A DNA stretch of 53,661 nucleotides, filler included, from Sphacelaria rigidula (Eukaryota): assembly GCA_964200075.2 (NCBI GenBank). It is 4 parts of 4 records of this genome, joined end to end, with 100 filler letters (N's around TTAATTAATTAA, not from the genome) between each part and the next. Parts side by side here need not be neighbours in the genome. Positions count along the whole stretch, not along the records: positions 13,442 to 26,782 come from CAXNAA020002953.1; 3 more parts are not named here. One strand, 5' to 3'. The translations under genes and the position numbers were made by a program. How positions within the stretch are numbered: the stretch's first letter is position 1; each line of letters opens with the position of its first letter. Positions 13,442-25,437 of this stretch are shown here, piece after piece. A model generated the notes under the pieces. The model did not search any database, was not told the DNA's origin, and was given only the letters and a program-made list of their open reading frames with translations.

Positions 13442-13934
13442 GGAAAGCACGGCTTTTGAGTTGAACCTCATTTTTTTTTTCAACCCCATTTTCGAAAATC
13501 GGCTGTTAAATGGTGGCTGATGACCTAAGGGGACACCCGAAGATCAATGCCGGTAGCTCCACCCAATCGTGAGTAAACGAACACGATATTGATTTTGGAT
13601 GGCGCAACTTTGAATATCTCAATAGAGTGGGTTCATGCAACATACCAAACTGGCAATGTAGAATTTATGGCCCATCGGGCGTTCACTGAACGTGCTTTGA
13701 CGGAAATACCTCGTATTGTAACACTATTTCCCAACATTTTTGTTTTTCACCTAGGGCCCCCAAATTTCGCTCATCCGAACGAATTTTTACAGCGCGTGTA
13801 GTTGTTGTTAATAGCTAGCAACATATGGAGGAATGAAACCATATCTCGCAGCGTCAGTGTGGATGCGACGATTTCAATTTTCCGGGTTTTCATTCTCAAT
13901 GAAAAGCCCCATCCTCAATTTCGATCGGCTGTTT
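13442..13934. mobile_element. Partial copies of the AACAG...CTGTT foldback family
   Basis: 13442-13507 matches the right arm of 28806-29229. ~13740-13934 matches the right arm of 38220-38658 and ends in atcggctgtt. Confidence 0.65.
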
Positions 13935-14129
13935 GTTGCGAGTATGGGTGCATGCTTTTTGTAGCGCACGGGCTTTTCTCACACAAAGGAATGCTGCAGG
14001 GGCTTGCCATACCTAGATTTGCTCCGCGGTTTTTCTCTTTCATTTTATTGCTCTTCTCTCTTTCCATTTTTCGTCGCCCCTCTCGTTTTCCTTCCTGTCT
14101 GGTTTCGCTTGTTCTTGTGTTGTTCGAGG

Positions 14130-14249
14130 ACACATGTATGCAGATATATATATAGCAAACAAAAGAAGACACTGGAGAACAAATTTATAACTATAACTTT
14201 GTTCTCCAGTGTCTTCTTTTGTTTGCTATATATATCTGCATACATGTGT
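14130..14249. repeat. Near-perfect ~55-bp-arm hairpin
   Basis: acacatgtatgcagatatatatatagcaaacaaaagaagacactggagaacaaa, a short AT-rich loop, then its reverse complement (differing by one TA unit). Confidence 0.92.
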
Positions 14250-16658
14250 TCAGTATTTTTCATCTTTCTTTTTCTTTCGGGGGCGTTCACGTGTTGGTTA
14301 CCTTGGGTACATTCATCGTATGACCGCGACTGGATCTCTCGGGAATGGAATGTATCCGCCAGTGTGCGACAATTGTACTGACAGCGGCAGCCATCGTGTA
14401 CCGATCCCAACACACTGCCCAAGAAGAGATGAGGCTCGCTTCTTGCAAAATACGTATCGGGCCGGTCCAGAGTGACGCAATCAATTTTTCGATTCATTGA
14501 TTCGCTGTGACACATTCACTGCACGCATTGGGTCATACTCACAAGACAGACATACGGAAGGTAGGTACACAGAAAACTCTTGCTACGGGAAACTCCAAAC
14601 TAGGGGAAGGCTGCATAAAGGCAGCGGACAAACCGGGTCATTTCTAAAGAGGAAAATAAACAGAACGAGAGGAATAGAGGAAAACAGGTAGCGAGTGTGA
14701 CGGTACGTCTTGACAGAAAAATAATCACTAAACAAAACCGGAGAAAAACGAAGTGCTGTTATTGGGTCGGTCCACTGCCCTACCACAGCCCAAATGCTTT
14801 CGATTTTTGGATCCCCGAGAGAAAGGTCCAGCACTTTCCTCAAACCGAAGGACGGAATCATCAGCTTTTTTCATACTATACGAGAACGCGGAGATAAATG
14901 TTCATCGCGCACAGGATTCCAAAATAGAACGCGCACAGGTCTACAGGTAGCCCACCACCGCTAGAAGACAGAGTGCCGCGATTGAGGACCTCTGAATCTG
15001 TGTTGTGCAAACACCAACGATGCCGAAGAATGTGTTCGTTCCCTTCCTGTCCCAACCTGTCTGAATTGGGCACCAGTCGTGCTATGCGGTTGTGCAAAAA
15101 CAGTCCATATTGCACCTGGGTTTCTTGACGGAAGGAAGTCGGGACAGACACCTCACGAGTGCTCCAGAAGGGCTTATCGTAAGGGATTTCAGGCACATTT
15201 TTGAGGGCAGTGCATTTTTCTCGCTCGGAGTTTGCTTCCCCTGGATGAGTGGATTCTTCAGCCATGAGTGGTTATGGGCCCAGATCTCGTACATCTTAGG
15301 AGAACCTTTGCTGCGGGTGCTAGACCGGACTCAGTCATAATATCGAAAATCGACTTCGATTTCGAGGTAGATTCGATTGTTTTCTTCATTCCGTGGAGGA
15401 TATCCTACGAAGACATGGCGACAACCTCATGGCATTGCCTTGACGACGAAATTCAATCGGAACCATTGATCACAACACCATTCGCAGCTGTTGTTTGCCG
15501 GCGGCCTTGAATCGCATCTAAATGAGCTGGGTTCGATTCTTCGAGTCCTATCAACGGAAGATACCAGCACTTGCCTCAAACCAAAACGCTTGCCGCCGTT
15601 CATCGGCTGCCTTTGTTCCGCAGCCACACAGTACGAACTATTTTCGACTTTCCGAGTATTGTGGAAGGAAGATCCTGACACTTGCCTAGATTCGAAAATA
15701 CCAATAATACGGTATTACGACGGGCGGCATCAAAAGCATTAGAGCGGAAAATGGACAAATGCCGACCGGTAGGTGTGATCATACGTGTCAGATGACACCT
15801 TCGAGAATCACACGATCGACAGTACCATGTATGTATACATGAAGAAGGCCGTGGTATTTCCACATCACCAGCACGGGAGGAGCATGGAGGAGTACACGAG
15901 TGCCGAAGCGGTCAGGGAGAAATTTGTAACGGGTTACCTTCGATAGTGTATCGAAATTACCGTAGGCCTGCAGTTCCGAAGAGAATAGTTTCACACTCCA
16001 CCATGAACGTGCCATTATGTATCGCATAATATCCCTGTTCTTCGTGTTCATACACGTGACACAGGCTAGGCAAATATATCAGTTTTCAGGGACTCCACGG
16101 TGTAAAGGCTTATCTCCGTGGCTCCCCCCATGATATATCGCTGCATGATAAAAAATCCCGAAATCACCCCTCACTGGAGCAGCACTGTAAAGCATGAGAA
16201 GAAAACCAGTTTTCACGGGGGAAAATTCTCAATTCCACCGAAAAGATAGCCTGCGCAAGACACAGTTTATTCATGACACCATGTGTGAGAGGCAGATCTG
16301 CAGCGATCACGTCATCAAACCAATTCTTATGCGGACAGGAAGGAACTTCCATCAAGAGCACATATCTCGGCCCCTCGGCAGTGCTTTTCGACTCCAAATC
16401 CAGCCAGGTGGATTGTGTTACCTCCGATTAATTGTCTTCACTGTCCGAGATTTTGCATAGTGCCCACAGTGTATTGACATCGGGCCGGGATAAAGCAAAA
16501 ACGTACAGGTCTCCCTGATTTCCGAGTGTGCACGTTCCCACGAGTGAGTGCGCTGCGCCTGTGATAATCGAAGATGATCATCCCAATTCCTCCGATTTAC
16601 TTTTTTTTCCCGATACGAAGCCAGACCCCGCGCGTATCCAAGATCGTTATGGTAGTGT

Positions 16659-16869
16659 TGTAATGCGTGAGAGGACCGCGTTTTTAGGGGACCGCATCGG
16701 AATTTGAACATCCCTATGGTTAGGGTTAGGGTTAGGGTTCGTGTTAAGGTTGTGGTCAGGGGCGTGGTACCTGCAGGGACTGGCCCGATTGGTTTCGAAA
16801 AACGTCGATTCTGAGGTGTTTTGAACTAGGGCGCGGTCCTCTAAGCATGCGGTCCTCTCATGCGTTACA
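16659..16869. mobile_element. MITE with TGTAA...TTACA termini, 4-bp TSD GTGT (Ginger-like signature), containing telomeric repeats
   Basis: TIR tgtaatgcgtgagaggaccgc / gcggtcctctcatgcgttaca. GTGT at 16655-16658 and 16870-16873. (TTAGGG)3 at 16720-16737. Confidence 0.75.
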
Positions 16870-17296
16870 GTGTGCCGCAATCCGTTGAGATAGTAGAGCA
16901 AATCATTTGTGAGTGGCCTTATCTATTTGGCCGCTTGACCCGCAAGCCGCTGTCGGAGGATCAAAACATGCACGTACGCCTGATCATTTTTTTTTCATCG
17001 TGAGTAGAGATTTAGTCTTGCTTCCAGGAATCATGACCGAGATTCTCTACAATAGCTACCCCCCCCCCCCAAAAAAAAAGGGGGGGCTAGTTTGATAAGG
17101 CAAAATCTACGCGTAAATTGACATGAAAAAGGTCGAGCACATCGAGCAGCTGGGAATCCGACGCTTCGGTTCGTTTTCGCCGATGTCGCTCAAATGAGGC
17201 GCTTCATGCAGCCTCAAACCGCACATCAGGTGCTGTGCGACATTTTTCTTCGTGGCAGGTTTGGGCTGGTTTGGGGGGGGGGGAGGGGGTAGAGCA

Positions 17297-17378
17297 GAAA
17301 CTATCGACCATGCTTTTGCCGGGAAACTATCGACCATGCTTTTGCCGGGAAACTATCGACCATGCTTTTGCCGGGAAC
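17297..17378 (+). repeat. 26-bp minisatellite x3
   Basis: GAAACTATCGACCATGCTTTTGCCGG repeated three times with no spacers. Confidence 0.92.
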
Positions 17379-18627
17379 GACATTGCACGACTTTCATGCG
17401 TAGAAGAACCTCAAAACGTGAGGAGGACGTGGAAATGAGACTTGAGCGACGGCGGCAGGGAAAACACGTAGGTAGAGTTTTCGTGTCTCCCATCCGAAAT
17501 GGTCGCTCGGAAAGCATCAGCGCACGGATTGTTTGGTCTTTTGGAGATATGCAAGCACATAGACCACTGGCTTATGTGTTTGAACAATTGTAAACCGCAA
17601 CACATCTGCAAGTATACCTGTCTGGGGAATCTAACGTGTCTGAATGAGGCTGTTTCACACCAAACCATGCTTCCCATTGTTCTAGAAATCGACGTGTTTT
17701 CGTGTTCTACCTTACCGCTCAAATCCGAACGGTAAGTCTCAAGATGTGTGCGCAAAAGACAGAAATGAAGTCCAGGTATCGCGTTCGTGCACACAAATAT
17801 CCCTGCGGTGAGAAACGTGAGGACATGAGTAGCAAAGGTTAATCGAATTCGATTCGACACAGTGTGGGAGTAGTAGAAGTAGTGTTGATCCCATTCACGG
17901 TACCAAAACGTCAGGCATGTATCGAGGGGGGGGGATGGGTTCATCCCTTGGGACTACAGACCTGTCCGGAGGATTGGAAGGGGTCAAAAGCACGATGAAA
18001 AACGGAACTCATCATCCAGCTTACTGTCACGAACCCCAATGTGCTGATGTCGATTGGCATTTGAAAGCGTTTTTATCTTCCAAGACTCGAGCGGTATATC
18101 GGACACACACTCACACATACACACACACAATCTGTACACGTTTTGGTGCCAGTTGGCATCGGTACGTTGGGGATATTGACGACGAACTCGTGAAGGGCAT
18201 GTCCTCTAACATACTTCAGGAGGGTGTATAAGTGTCGGAATGCATTTTCGCTCGTTTTACTCAGTTGGATCTAAGCGAATTAGCAAGCGTAAACAAGAGT
18301 CCAATACGCAACCAAGGGGTCCTGCAACACGCAGGCAAAACACCACCTCCTTCATGGGTCTAGAGAATCGTTATCGGAGTCGCGGGGGGTGTACTCGTGA
18401 TCTAGCATGCCGTCGTCATACCATCGACGTCGGAGCGACTGGGAGGGGGTGGGAGGGCGGAGAAGGGGGGCGTACTCATTTGTTGCTTGCCTTAATCGCT
18501 TGGCCACTGACAACGCTTTCCTTCCGAGACGGAGTACCGTTGCTGGAGGGTTGGACGGGGCTACTTATCCGGGTAGTTGGTCGACAGCATCGTACAGACA
18601 AGTTGTTCGGTGGAACTAAGGCCGCTT

Positions 18628-19050
18628 TTTATAGTCGGAAGACGGGCTGTCGGAAATAAATTCCCTCCTAGAGCATTTCATCGGAATAGTTTTGACGGAT
18701 CACGGGCCTTGGCGGATTGGGTCCCCTCTGAAATATTTGTTATTCTTTCCAAATCGATCCTGACGTACTTTCCGGATCTGCGGTGCGCCCATTTTTTTCT
18801 CTCGGAAACACAAAATCTTCCGCTTTTCCAAGTAGAGTGCGTATTTTCCCCGAAAACTCCAAGATCGAGAATCCGGCGAAAAGTAAATCTGGCCGCAAAA
18901 AAAATGAAGAAATTACCTTAGAATTCCCTGAGAAACCTTGGCGAATCTTTCAGAGGAGACCCAATCCGCCAAGGCCCGTATTCCGCCGAATATATGCAAT
19001 AAAAAGCTCAAAACGTGTGTATCTCCGACAGCCCGTTTTGCGACCATAGG
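18628..19050. mobile_element. Foldback/MITE with long imperfect inverted arms
   Basis: acgggctgtcggaaata...acgggccttggcggattgggtcccctctgaaa pairs with tttcagaggagacccaatccgccaaggcccgt...tatctccgacagcccgt. Confidence 0.75.
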
Positions 19051-19857
19051 TTCTGTCGGCTGAGCTCTCCATCTGCTTGAACATATCTGGCTGATGATTC
19101 GACGAGGTCACTATTTATGGAGGACACAACAGGCCTGCGACCAAACGCACGGCATGGGTGATGGGGCAACGGTAGTTCCTAGTGTGTGTGTGGGGGGGGC
19201 GTAGTCATTTGTTGCTTACCTTAGTCGTGTGACCATTGACCACGCATCCCTTGTTCCTAGGGTGTGGGGTGGGTGTAACTACTCTGGGTACCGGAACCAC
19301 GTGTTAACTCATGGTGGATAATTACATCCCGTGCCTGAGGGGCATGTTCTTGTCCGCCCTTCCGAGCGATGATCTCGCGGTGTCGGTCGACGCCTTACCC
19401 TTAGCTGTTGGAGTGCCATGGAGCTTAACCCGAGTTCCTCTATCGCACTTACGATTCAAACGTACCGCCAGTATCCGGCGGTGAATTATGACCTTTGACT
19501 GAAAATCGCCTTCATACGCTGCGGGATCACACGTTTGTTGTACCCATAATTTACTGGAGAACGGTATCATATCACACTTAAACTGATATCAAGGAGGCCA
19601 AAAACATCTCGATTCTTGAGTGTTCAACAACCGACTATCTTCCCCCGGTATTGGCCATTCTCTCCTTGACGTAGTACGGCCTAGAACACAATTGATTCTG
19701 GTACGACCACAACTTGCTTAGTGTTGGAATCTTCGTCGAATAACGTTTTGCGGTAAGTACGGCCGAGTCATTCAGCCGACTGTACTATGCTGTCGACTGA
19801 CTACCTAATGCAGGATCCGCCCCTCCCTCCCTGTTTCTATTTGGATGTGCAAAAGGC

Positions 19858-20065
19858 TGTGACGCCAGCCAGTGAAAGAACTGCTGGATCACTGCTGTTG
19901 ACGGACTGGCCTCAGTTTCAGTTGTCAGCCTTCACAACCTTCTCATTATTCAGGAGTGCCCTTGTAGGCACAGCCTCCTAGACACGCCAGGGTATCAACC
20001 TCGTGTCCCCGGTCATTATCCAGATCATCACTACCAACTCAACGTAAGGGCGTTATTTCGTCACA
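19858..20065 (-). repeat. 3' LTR (208 bp)
   Basis: Direct repeat of 25038-25261 with small deletions; TG...CA ends. Confidence 0.95.
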
Positions 20066-20200
20066 GCACCCCCAAAGCGCGTTGGACGAAAATCGATCAA
20101 CAAGCTTGACACATAGAAAACGCCAAAACGATGAGTAAGTCAAAACTGGATATTAAACTCATTCAAAATGCGAGCAGCAACGGCACGAGTCACGCGCAAT

Positions 20201-22728
20201 TTACATAATTCCCTCGTAAGGTTCTGGAGCGGCCTCAAAAATACCCTTGAAACGCTCCCACGTACGCTCCTCAACTTCGAAACCAACCCAGTCGACCAAC
20301 ACGATCAACGAACGATCACCTGCCTCTGCCACTCGGACAATACCAGCCATCTGAAATTGCCCCTGATCGAAAACATGCTGGAACACATCCTTAACGTCAG
20401 ACGTAACATTAAGCTGCGAGTCTGCATAAAAACGCAAACGAGCTACATGGGCGGTCTGAACACGACCCGAAACAATATTCTGCATCTCAAACACGTGCGG
20501 GTGGTGAGCATCAGCCACTCTCCATGGACCAGTCCACGTCGCCATCAACTTGGGCGTAACACCCGGACGACGCACCCGTGCATATAAGGTATAGTCGACT
20601 ACCTAAAAACTCGGCAATTCCAGCCCCGACGGGGACCCCTCACGTCTACGCGCACGTTCAGCGGCAACACGTTCCTGCACTTGAAGGTGGAAACGTTCCT
20701 GCAAGTCCAAGACTCCTTGCCATACACTCTTGATTTGAACATCGTCCAGAACATCACGCTTCCATTCCCCCGCCGACGAAGACGCCAGCACCAAGAAAGA
20801 CGTCCGAGGAGCACGACCAAACATCACGTTGTACTTTCGTACCGACGACAATACGCTGTGTTTAGCGCCCCTTACACCGCCCACAACACGTCCACCCACA
20901 CGGAAACCGCTCTACGCTGCTCGAGAAGAATAGAGCGAAGAGCACGAACTACTTCCTTGACCATGCGTTCGCACGTACCGTTAGGCTTCGGAGAATATGC
21001 CACCGCAAACTGGTGATCAACGCGCAAAACCTCTCGCAATCGGGCCAGGATCGCATGCTTGAAATGCGTGGCGGTATCACTCACCCACACACGCGGCACC
21101 CCCAAATTTTGCACCAATCGGGCAAATATGCAGCCGTGGATTCAGCAGTACACGCTGCTACTGGTTCCAGAGATGCGAAGTTGCTCAAATCATCCATGAT
21201 TACCAAAATGCATCGAAACCCAGCATCCTCCGACAAACCTTGGGAAGCTAGCGGGCAACTCTCGGCCACGTACAAAAAGTCAAAATGAACGACTTCATTC
21301 GGCGTGGTCCTATGGACCCTTTCGCCGAGCGGGCGGGGAACAACACCTCCCACCCTCAAGTCAGCACAATGAAGACACTGGCGGACAAACTCGGACACAT
21401 GAGTTTCTATCCCCTGCCAGACACAAAAATCTTGGTAGCGGACGAGCGTCGCAGCCACACCACAATGCCCGGCGTCGTGCATGTGCGCGCAAATAATTAG
21501 AAGTCCTGCAACTGCTTGTCATCACTCAGAATCCACTACACGTTTCGGCCACGCACATGCACGCTAAACAGACCTTCATTATCCAAGATAGCAGTACCAA
21601 TGTCCGACTCGAAAGATTGCACGTCCGCATCTTTGGCCCCAAGGTCTTTTCGTTGCGTTTGGTGGACGACAGATTTGGGCGGCATCGAGTCATCAGGTTC
21701 ACACCGACCATACACAGCCACAGTGCGCACATGCATTTGAATTTCAAGTGTAGGCACCTGCATGACCAAACTACCCCAATGGCACTCAGATGCATCCGGA
21801 AACATAGACACATGACAACCAGGGCATGGATGGAACAACGTCACGGCATGAGCCACCAGATCTTTCGCTGCCGCCCACGCCTGCAGCCTGCCCTCCGTCC
21901 ACGATGCAGCCTTCTTCGGAAACGCCATATCTGGAGTGGGCCACCCCGCCTGCAAATTCCGTAGCACCAACCCGAGCGCAAAAGAGTCGCCATGCACAAT
22001 GCTAACCAACTCGACTTCACTGGATCGTACCACCGCGGCTTCGTCTTCGCCGCGGACGCCCCAGGTTTTGGCTGAACACGCATGAGTTCCACGCGCGCAG
22101 GAGGATCACCCTGCAGCGCACGACGAAACGCGTTGACGCGGCAATGCAATATGCCGCGCAGGCGCTCCGCTTTCGAGACGCTGAGGCCTGTCGCACCAGC
22201 ATCTGTCACGTTCTCCTCCGGCGCGACCTTTCGAGCGGACTCCTCTTCCGCCGGAATCATTAACATCTCCGGGCCGCGCTCTACCGAGCATTCCACCACC
22301 GCATCCCGCTCTTCGGTCACGTGCCCTCCATCCTCCTGAAAGGCGTCCATCGACAAGCTCACGCGACGACTGCCCAAAACGGCGGGCGTCTCCAAGCGTG
22401 GACCAGGTGGAGACATCCGCGTCTGCATGGAGTCCCACAACCACCGAGCGTCGACTCCAATACCCTGAAGCACCGATAACCTCAGAAGAATAACGCCATC
22501 CGACCCCGGCATGATCGCACACGGGATCGGAGGCAACTGCGCCGGCACCCAGGAAGTCGCGAAAGTCAGCTGCAGCAGAATAGTACGCTCTGTGACGTAA
22601 AGATGCTGACCCGACGCGGTGATGGCCTGCCGCGCCCCGAGCGAAAGCGGAATGCGCAGCGGCACACCCGAGAGAAGACGCTCTAACATCTCTACAATCT
22701 GTACCGACAGACTCACATGATCCGCCAA
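20201..22728 (-). pseudogene. pol: Gypsy pol pseudogene (protease remnant, RT/RNaseH remnant, integrase, chromodomain)
   Basis: HDAGHCG...CLHC zinc finger, VHFDFLYV, VIMDDLSNF, WVSDTATHF, NGTCERMVKEV, WTGPWRV, VLVDWVGFEVEERTWE, FPDASECHWG; several frameshifts. Confidence 0.9.
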
Positions 22729-23267
22729 GTGGACGCTAGAACTTCACTTAGCCTGAACCGCAAGGGCTCCACGCTCCCTTTGATTTGGGAGACACAGCTC
22801 CGCAGGAACGCATCTGTCCGCGAACTCCACTGGCGATTTATTCGCCGACCGATGCGCCGCTAATCCCACTTGACGCCACGGCTACGCAAGCTGCGCAGCG
22901 AAGACGCCCCGGCAGGTTCAAATGTCATCGCCGGCAGGTATGACCCCCAGCCAGCCGACCAAGAATTTGGCGAGCCTCCGACCAGCGCGTCAGCAGGCGT
23001 CGCGCCTGGCGCTGCTGACGATGTCGCCGCCGGCGCCACCACCGGCTCCGGCACAGTGTTTGACACTGTAGAGGTCGGTCCCACCTGCACCGCCCGTTGC
23101 GAAGCATCAGCACCTACAGCGGCGCCGGGCCCAGAACCAGGCCCATGTTGACGCCGCTGCCCCTGCTGTTGCCCCTGCTGCTGCTGCTCCTGAGGACTCG
23201 ACTGCAACCCTCCACCGCCGGAGGATCCACTGCCGTCACCACGACTACCTCGTCTTTTGCCCTTGTG

Positions 23268-24815
23268 CTAACGATGCTGATGGCGCGCGGCATGAGACTG
23301 CCCAGACTCTCCATCGGAAGACGGTAGGCAATCGCGCGCGTAATGGCCGACCTGGCCATAACAGTGGCAAGTGCCCGCCACATGCCCAGCATGCTTTCCG
23401 ATCGCCGGAACCAATTCCGGCGGGGTGATTGTGATCATTTTATGCTCCAAACGACACACGTGGACAAATAGCACCCTGTAGGACGAGCTGCACAGGGTTC
23501 TTCACAGTCTTTGTGAAAAATCCTGTGTAGCATTTGCAAACCCTAGTACGTGTAATAGCATTTTGCATAGCGTTTTTGTCGAAACCCTGCAACCAACCCT
23601 GTGGAGAGGCCTTCCAAATTTGGAAAATTCCAAATTATTTTGGTACAAAATCTGTAAATTTATTTTTTTGGAATAGCTTCTCCTGCGTAAATCCCATGCA
23701 CACTGGCAGATTTGGAAGTTGAACAGCAGAAGAAGCTCAAAATAAATGTTCACTTTGCCCTCCATTTCATCCAAAGATTGGGGGAAAATATATTTATTGC
23801 GAACAGCGTCAGCTGGGCATATTCCGCATACTGCACCGTTATTCACGAGTGAGGGAACAGTTGTCAAAAATAGTCGTACCGGGCCAACTAAAAGCGGAAG
23901 AATGGTTGAGAATGATCGTGCCATGCACGAATCAAGAGTGAGAGAGACAATAGAATGAGTCGCACCCGACGAATCAAGTGGGGAGAAAGCATTTGAAAGA
24001 GTCTGTGGCGGAATCACGCCGTCACGGTTGAGTATATAGTGGATCCTGGATGATGACCAGGGGACAAGGGCATCCTGTGGATGATGACCCTTGCTGTGTA
24101 GCCCAGGCCTGATGGTACGGGGTTGCAGATGTTTACTTCGGTAATGATACTCCCGTGCATAAGAACGTGAGTTCAGTTTTCACCCCTACCACTTCTCGGC
24201 CGTTTTTTCCTGCCAGTACCATGCCCATGCTGTATAGAGTATATTGTGTACGTGCTATAAAGACTGCACAGCATATTAATAGTGATGGATTCTACACGGA
24301 GTGACGAAGCCCTGTGAAGCACCCTGTGTGGCACAAAATAATAACCTACACTCAAATCCCCGCGAGAAACCCTGCACAGTTTCCCTGAACCCTGTGAAGC
24401 GTCCTGTGGGATGCAAAAAAAAAACTACAGCCAGATCCCCGCGAGAAACACTACACAGTTTCCCTGAACCCTGTAGACGTACCCCACAGGGTGATATTTG
24501 TCCACGTGTGGAGCAAACACTCTCTGCACATACGGTGGCACTTGTTGAGCCATAGGCACCACCTGATGCCGCACAGCACCCCCTGCGTTAGCGTGCTTCA
24601 CACGCTCCTTGTACTCAAAGTACTTCATGTAAAAAGTGCGAGATGCATCCCCGTATTGGGGAGGTCGCAACTCTTCCCGCATAACGGCGGGCGTCACGCT
24701 GGTCGTAGTACACGAACCGGTCGCCATACGCGAGGCTGCAACCGGCTGCCTGCGAACTTTTACAGGCCAGCGGACTCTCGCGAATTGCACACTTCCTTGC
24801 TTCGTCGCCGCACCA
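23268..24815 (-). pseudogene. gag: Gypsy gag pseudogene with degenerate CCHC knuckle, split by a TIR insertion
   Basis: ...YFEYKERV...QRVFA|RLEHKMITITPPEL...CHCYGQVGHYARDC; the frame is restored when 23455-24510 and one TSD copy are removed. Confidence 0.8.
23455..24510. mobile_element. Non-autonomous CAC-terminated TIR element (CACTA/CMC-like), 2-bp TSD GA
   Basis: TIR cacacgtggacaaatagcaccctgtagg / ccacagggtgatatttgtccacgtgtg; many subterminal (a)accctg(t/c) repeats; GA on both flanks. Confidence 0.85.
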
Positions 24816-25037
24816 CACCGTCGTAGGAGCCTCCAAACTCCCGCTGCACGCAGCTTCAGCAAGTCTCTAGTCTGAATCAATCACAGGTCAGCCGCCTTTC
24901 TGCAGCTACCACCAGCTTGAAGCCCCTTCACGCGTCCGTGATGCTTGAGGTTGTCCCCAGCTGCCAGACTCACTCCGCCGGAATTCTTCCCAGCAGGTTT
25001 CGAGCACTAACACTAGCACTAGCACTAATATCGATAT

Positions 25038-25261
25038 TGTGACGTCAGCCAGTGAAAGAACTGCTGGATCACTGCTGTTGACGGACTCTCCAGTCTCACT
25101 GACCTCAGTTTCAGTTGTCAGCCTTCACAACCTTCTCATTATTCAGGAGTGCCCTTCTTGTAGGCACAGCTTCCTAGACACGCCAGGGTATCAACCTAGT
25201 GTCCCCGGTCATTATCGAGATCATCACTACCAACTCAACGTAACGGCGTTATTTCGTCACA
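25038..25261 (-). repeat. 5' LTR (224 bp)
   Basis: Direct repeat of 19858-20065; TG...CA ends. Confidence 0.95.
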
Positions 25262-25437
25262 AGGCTTACGGCACAGTATGGGGAAAAGGGTTGTGGAAAA
25301 AGTTGTGGGAAACTGGGATCTGAGCAAAGATGGAGCGAATGGTAAAGAAGATGACAAAATATGCCAAAAGTGCTATGATGCTACACGGGGAAATATCGAA
25401 ATGTTTTGGTATTTTACTAGGAGTTGCACAAGGATGT

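Larger units (their letters stand above)
19858..25261 (-). mobile_element. Ty3/Gypsy chromodomain LTR retrotransposon, internally deleted, non-autonomous
   Basis: Two LTRs TGTGACG...CGTCACA; 4-bp TSD AGGC (19854-19857 / 25262-25265); gag, protease remnant, RT/RNaseH remnant, integrase and chromodomain in order on the minus strand. Confidence 0.95.

Noticed and set aside
17297..17378. 26-bp repeats as a CRISPR array
   Set aside because: The units are contiguous with no spacers, there are no cas genes, and the context is eukaryotic.
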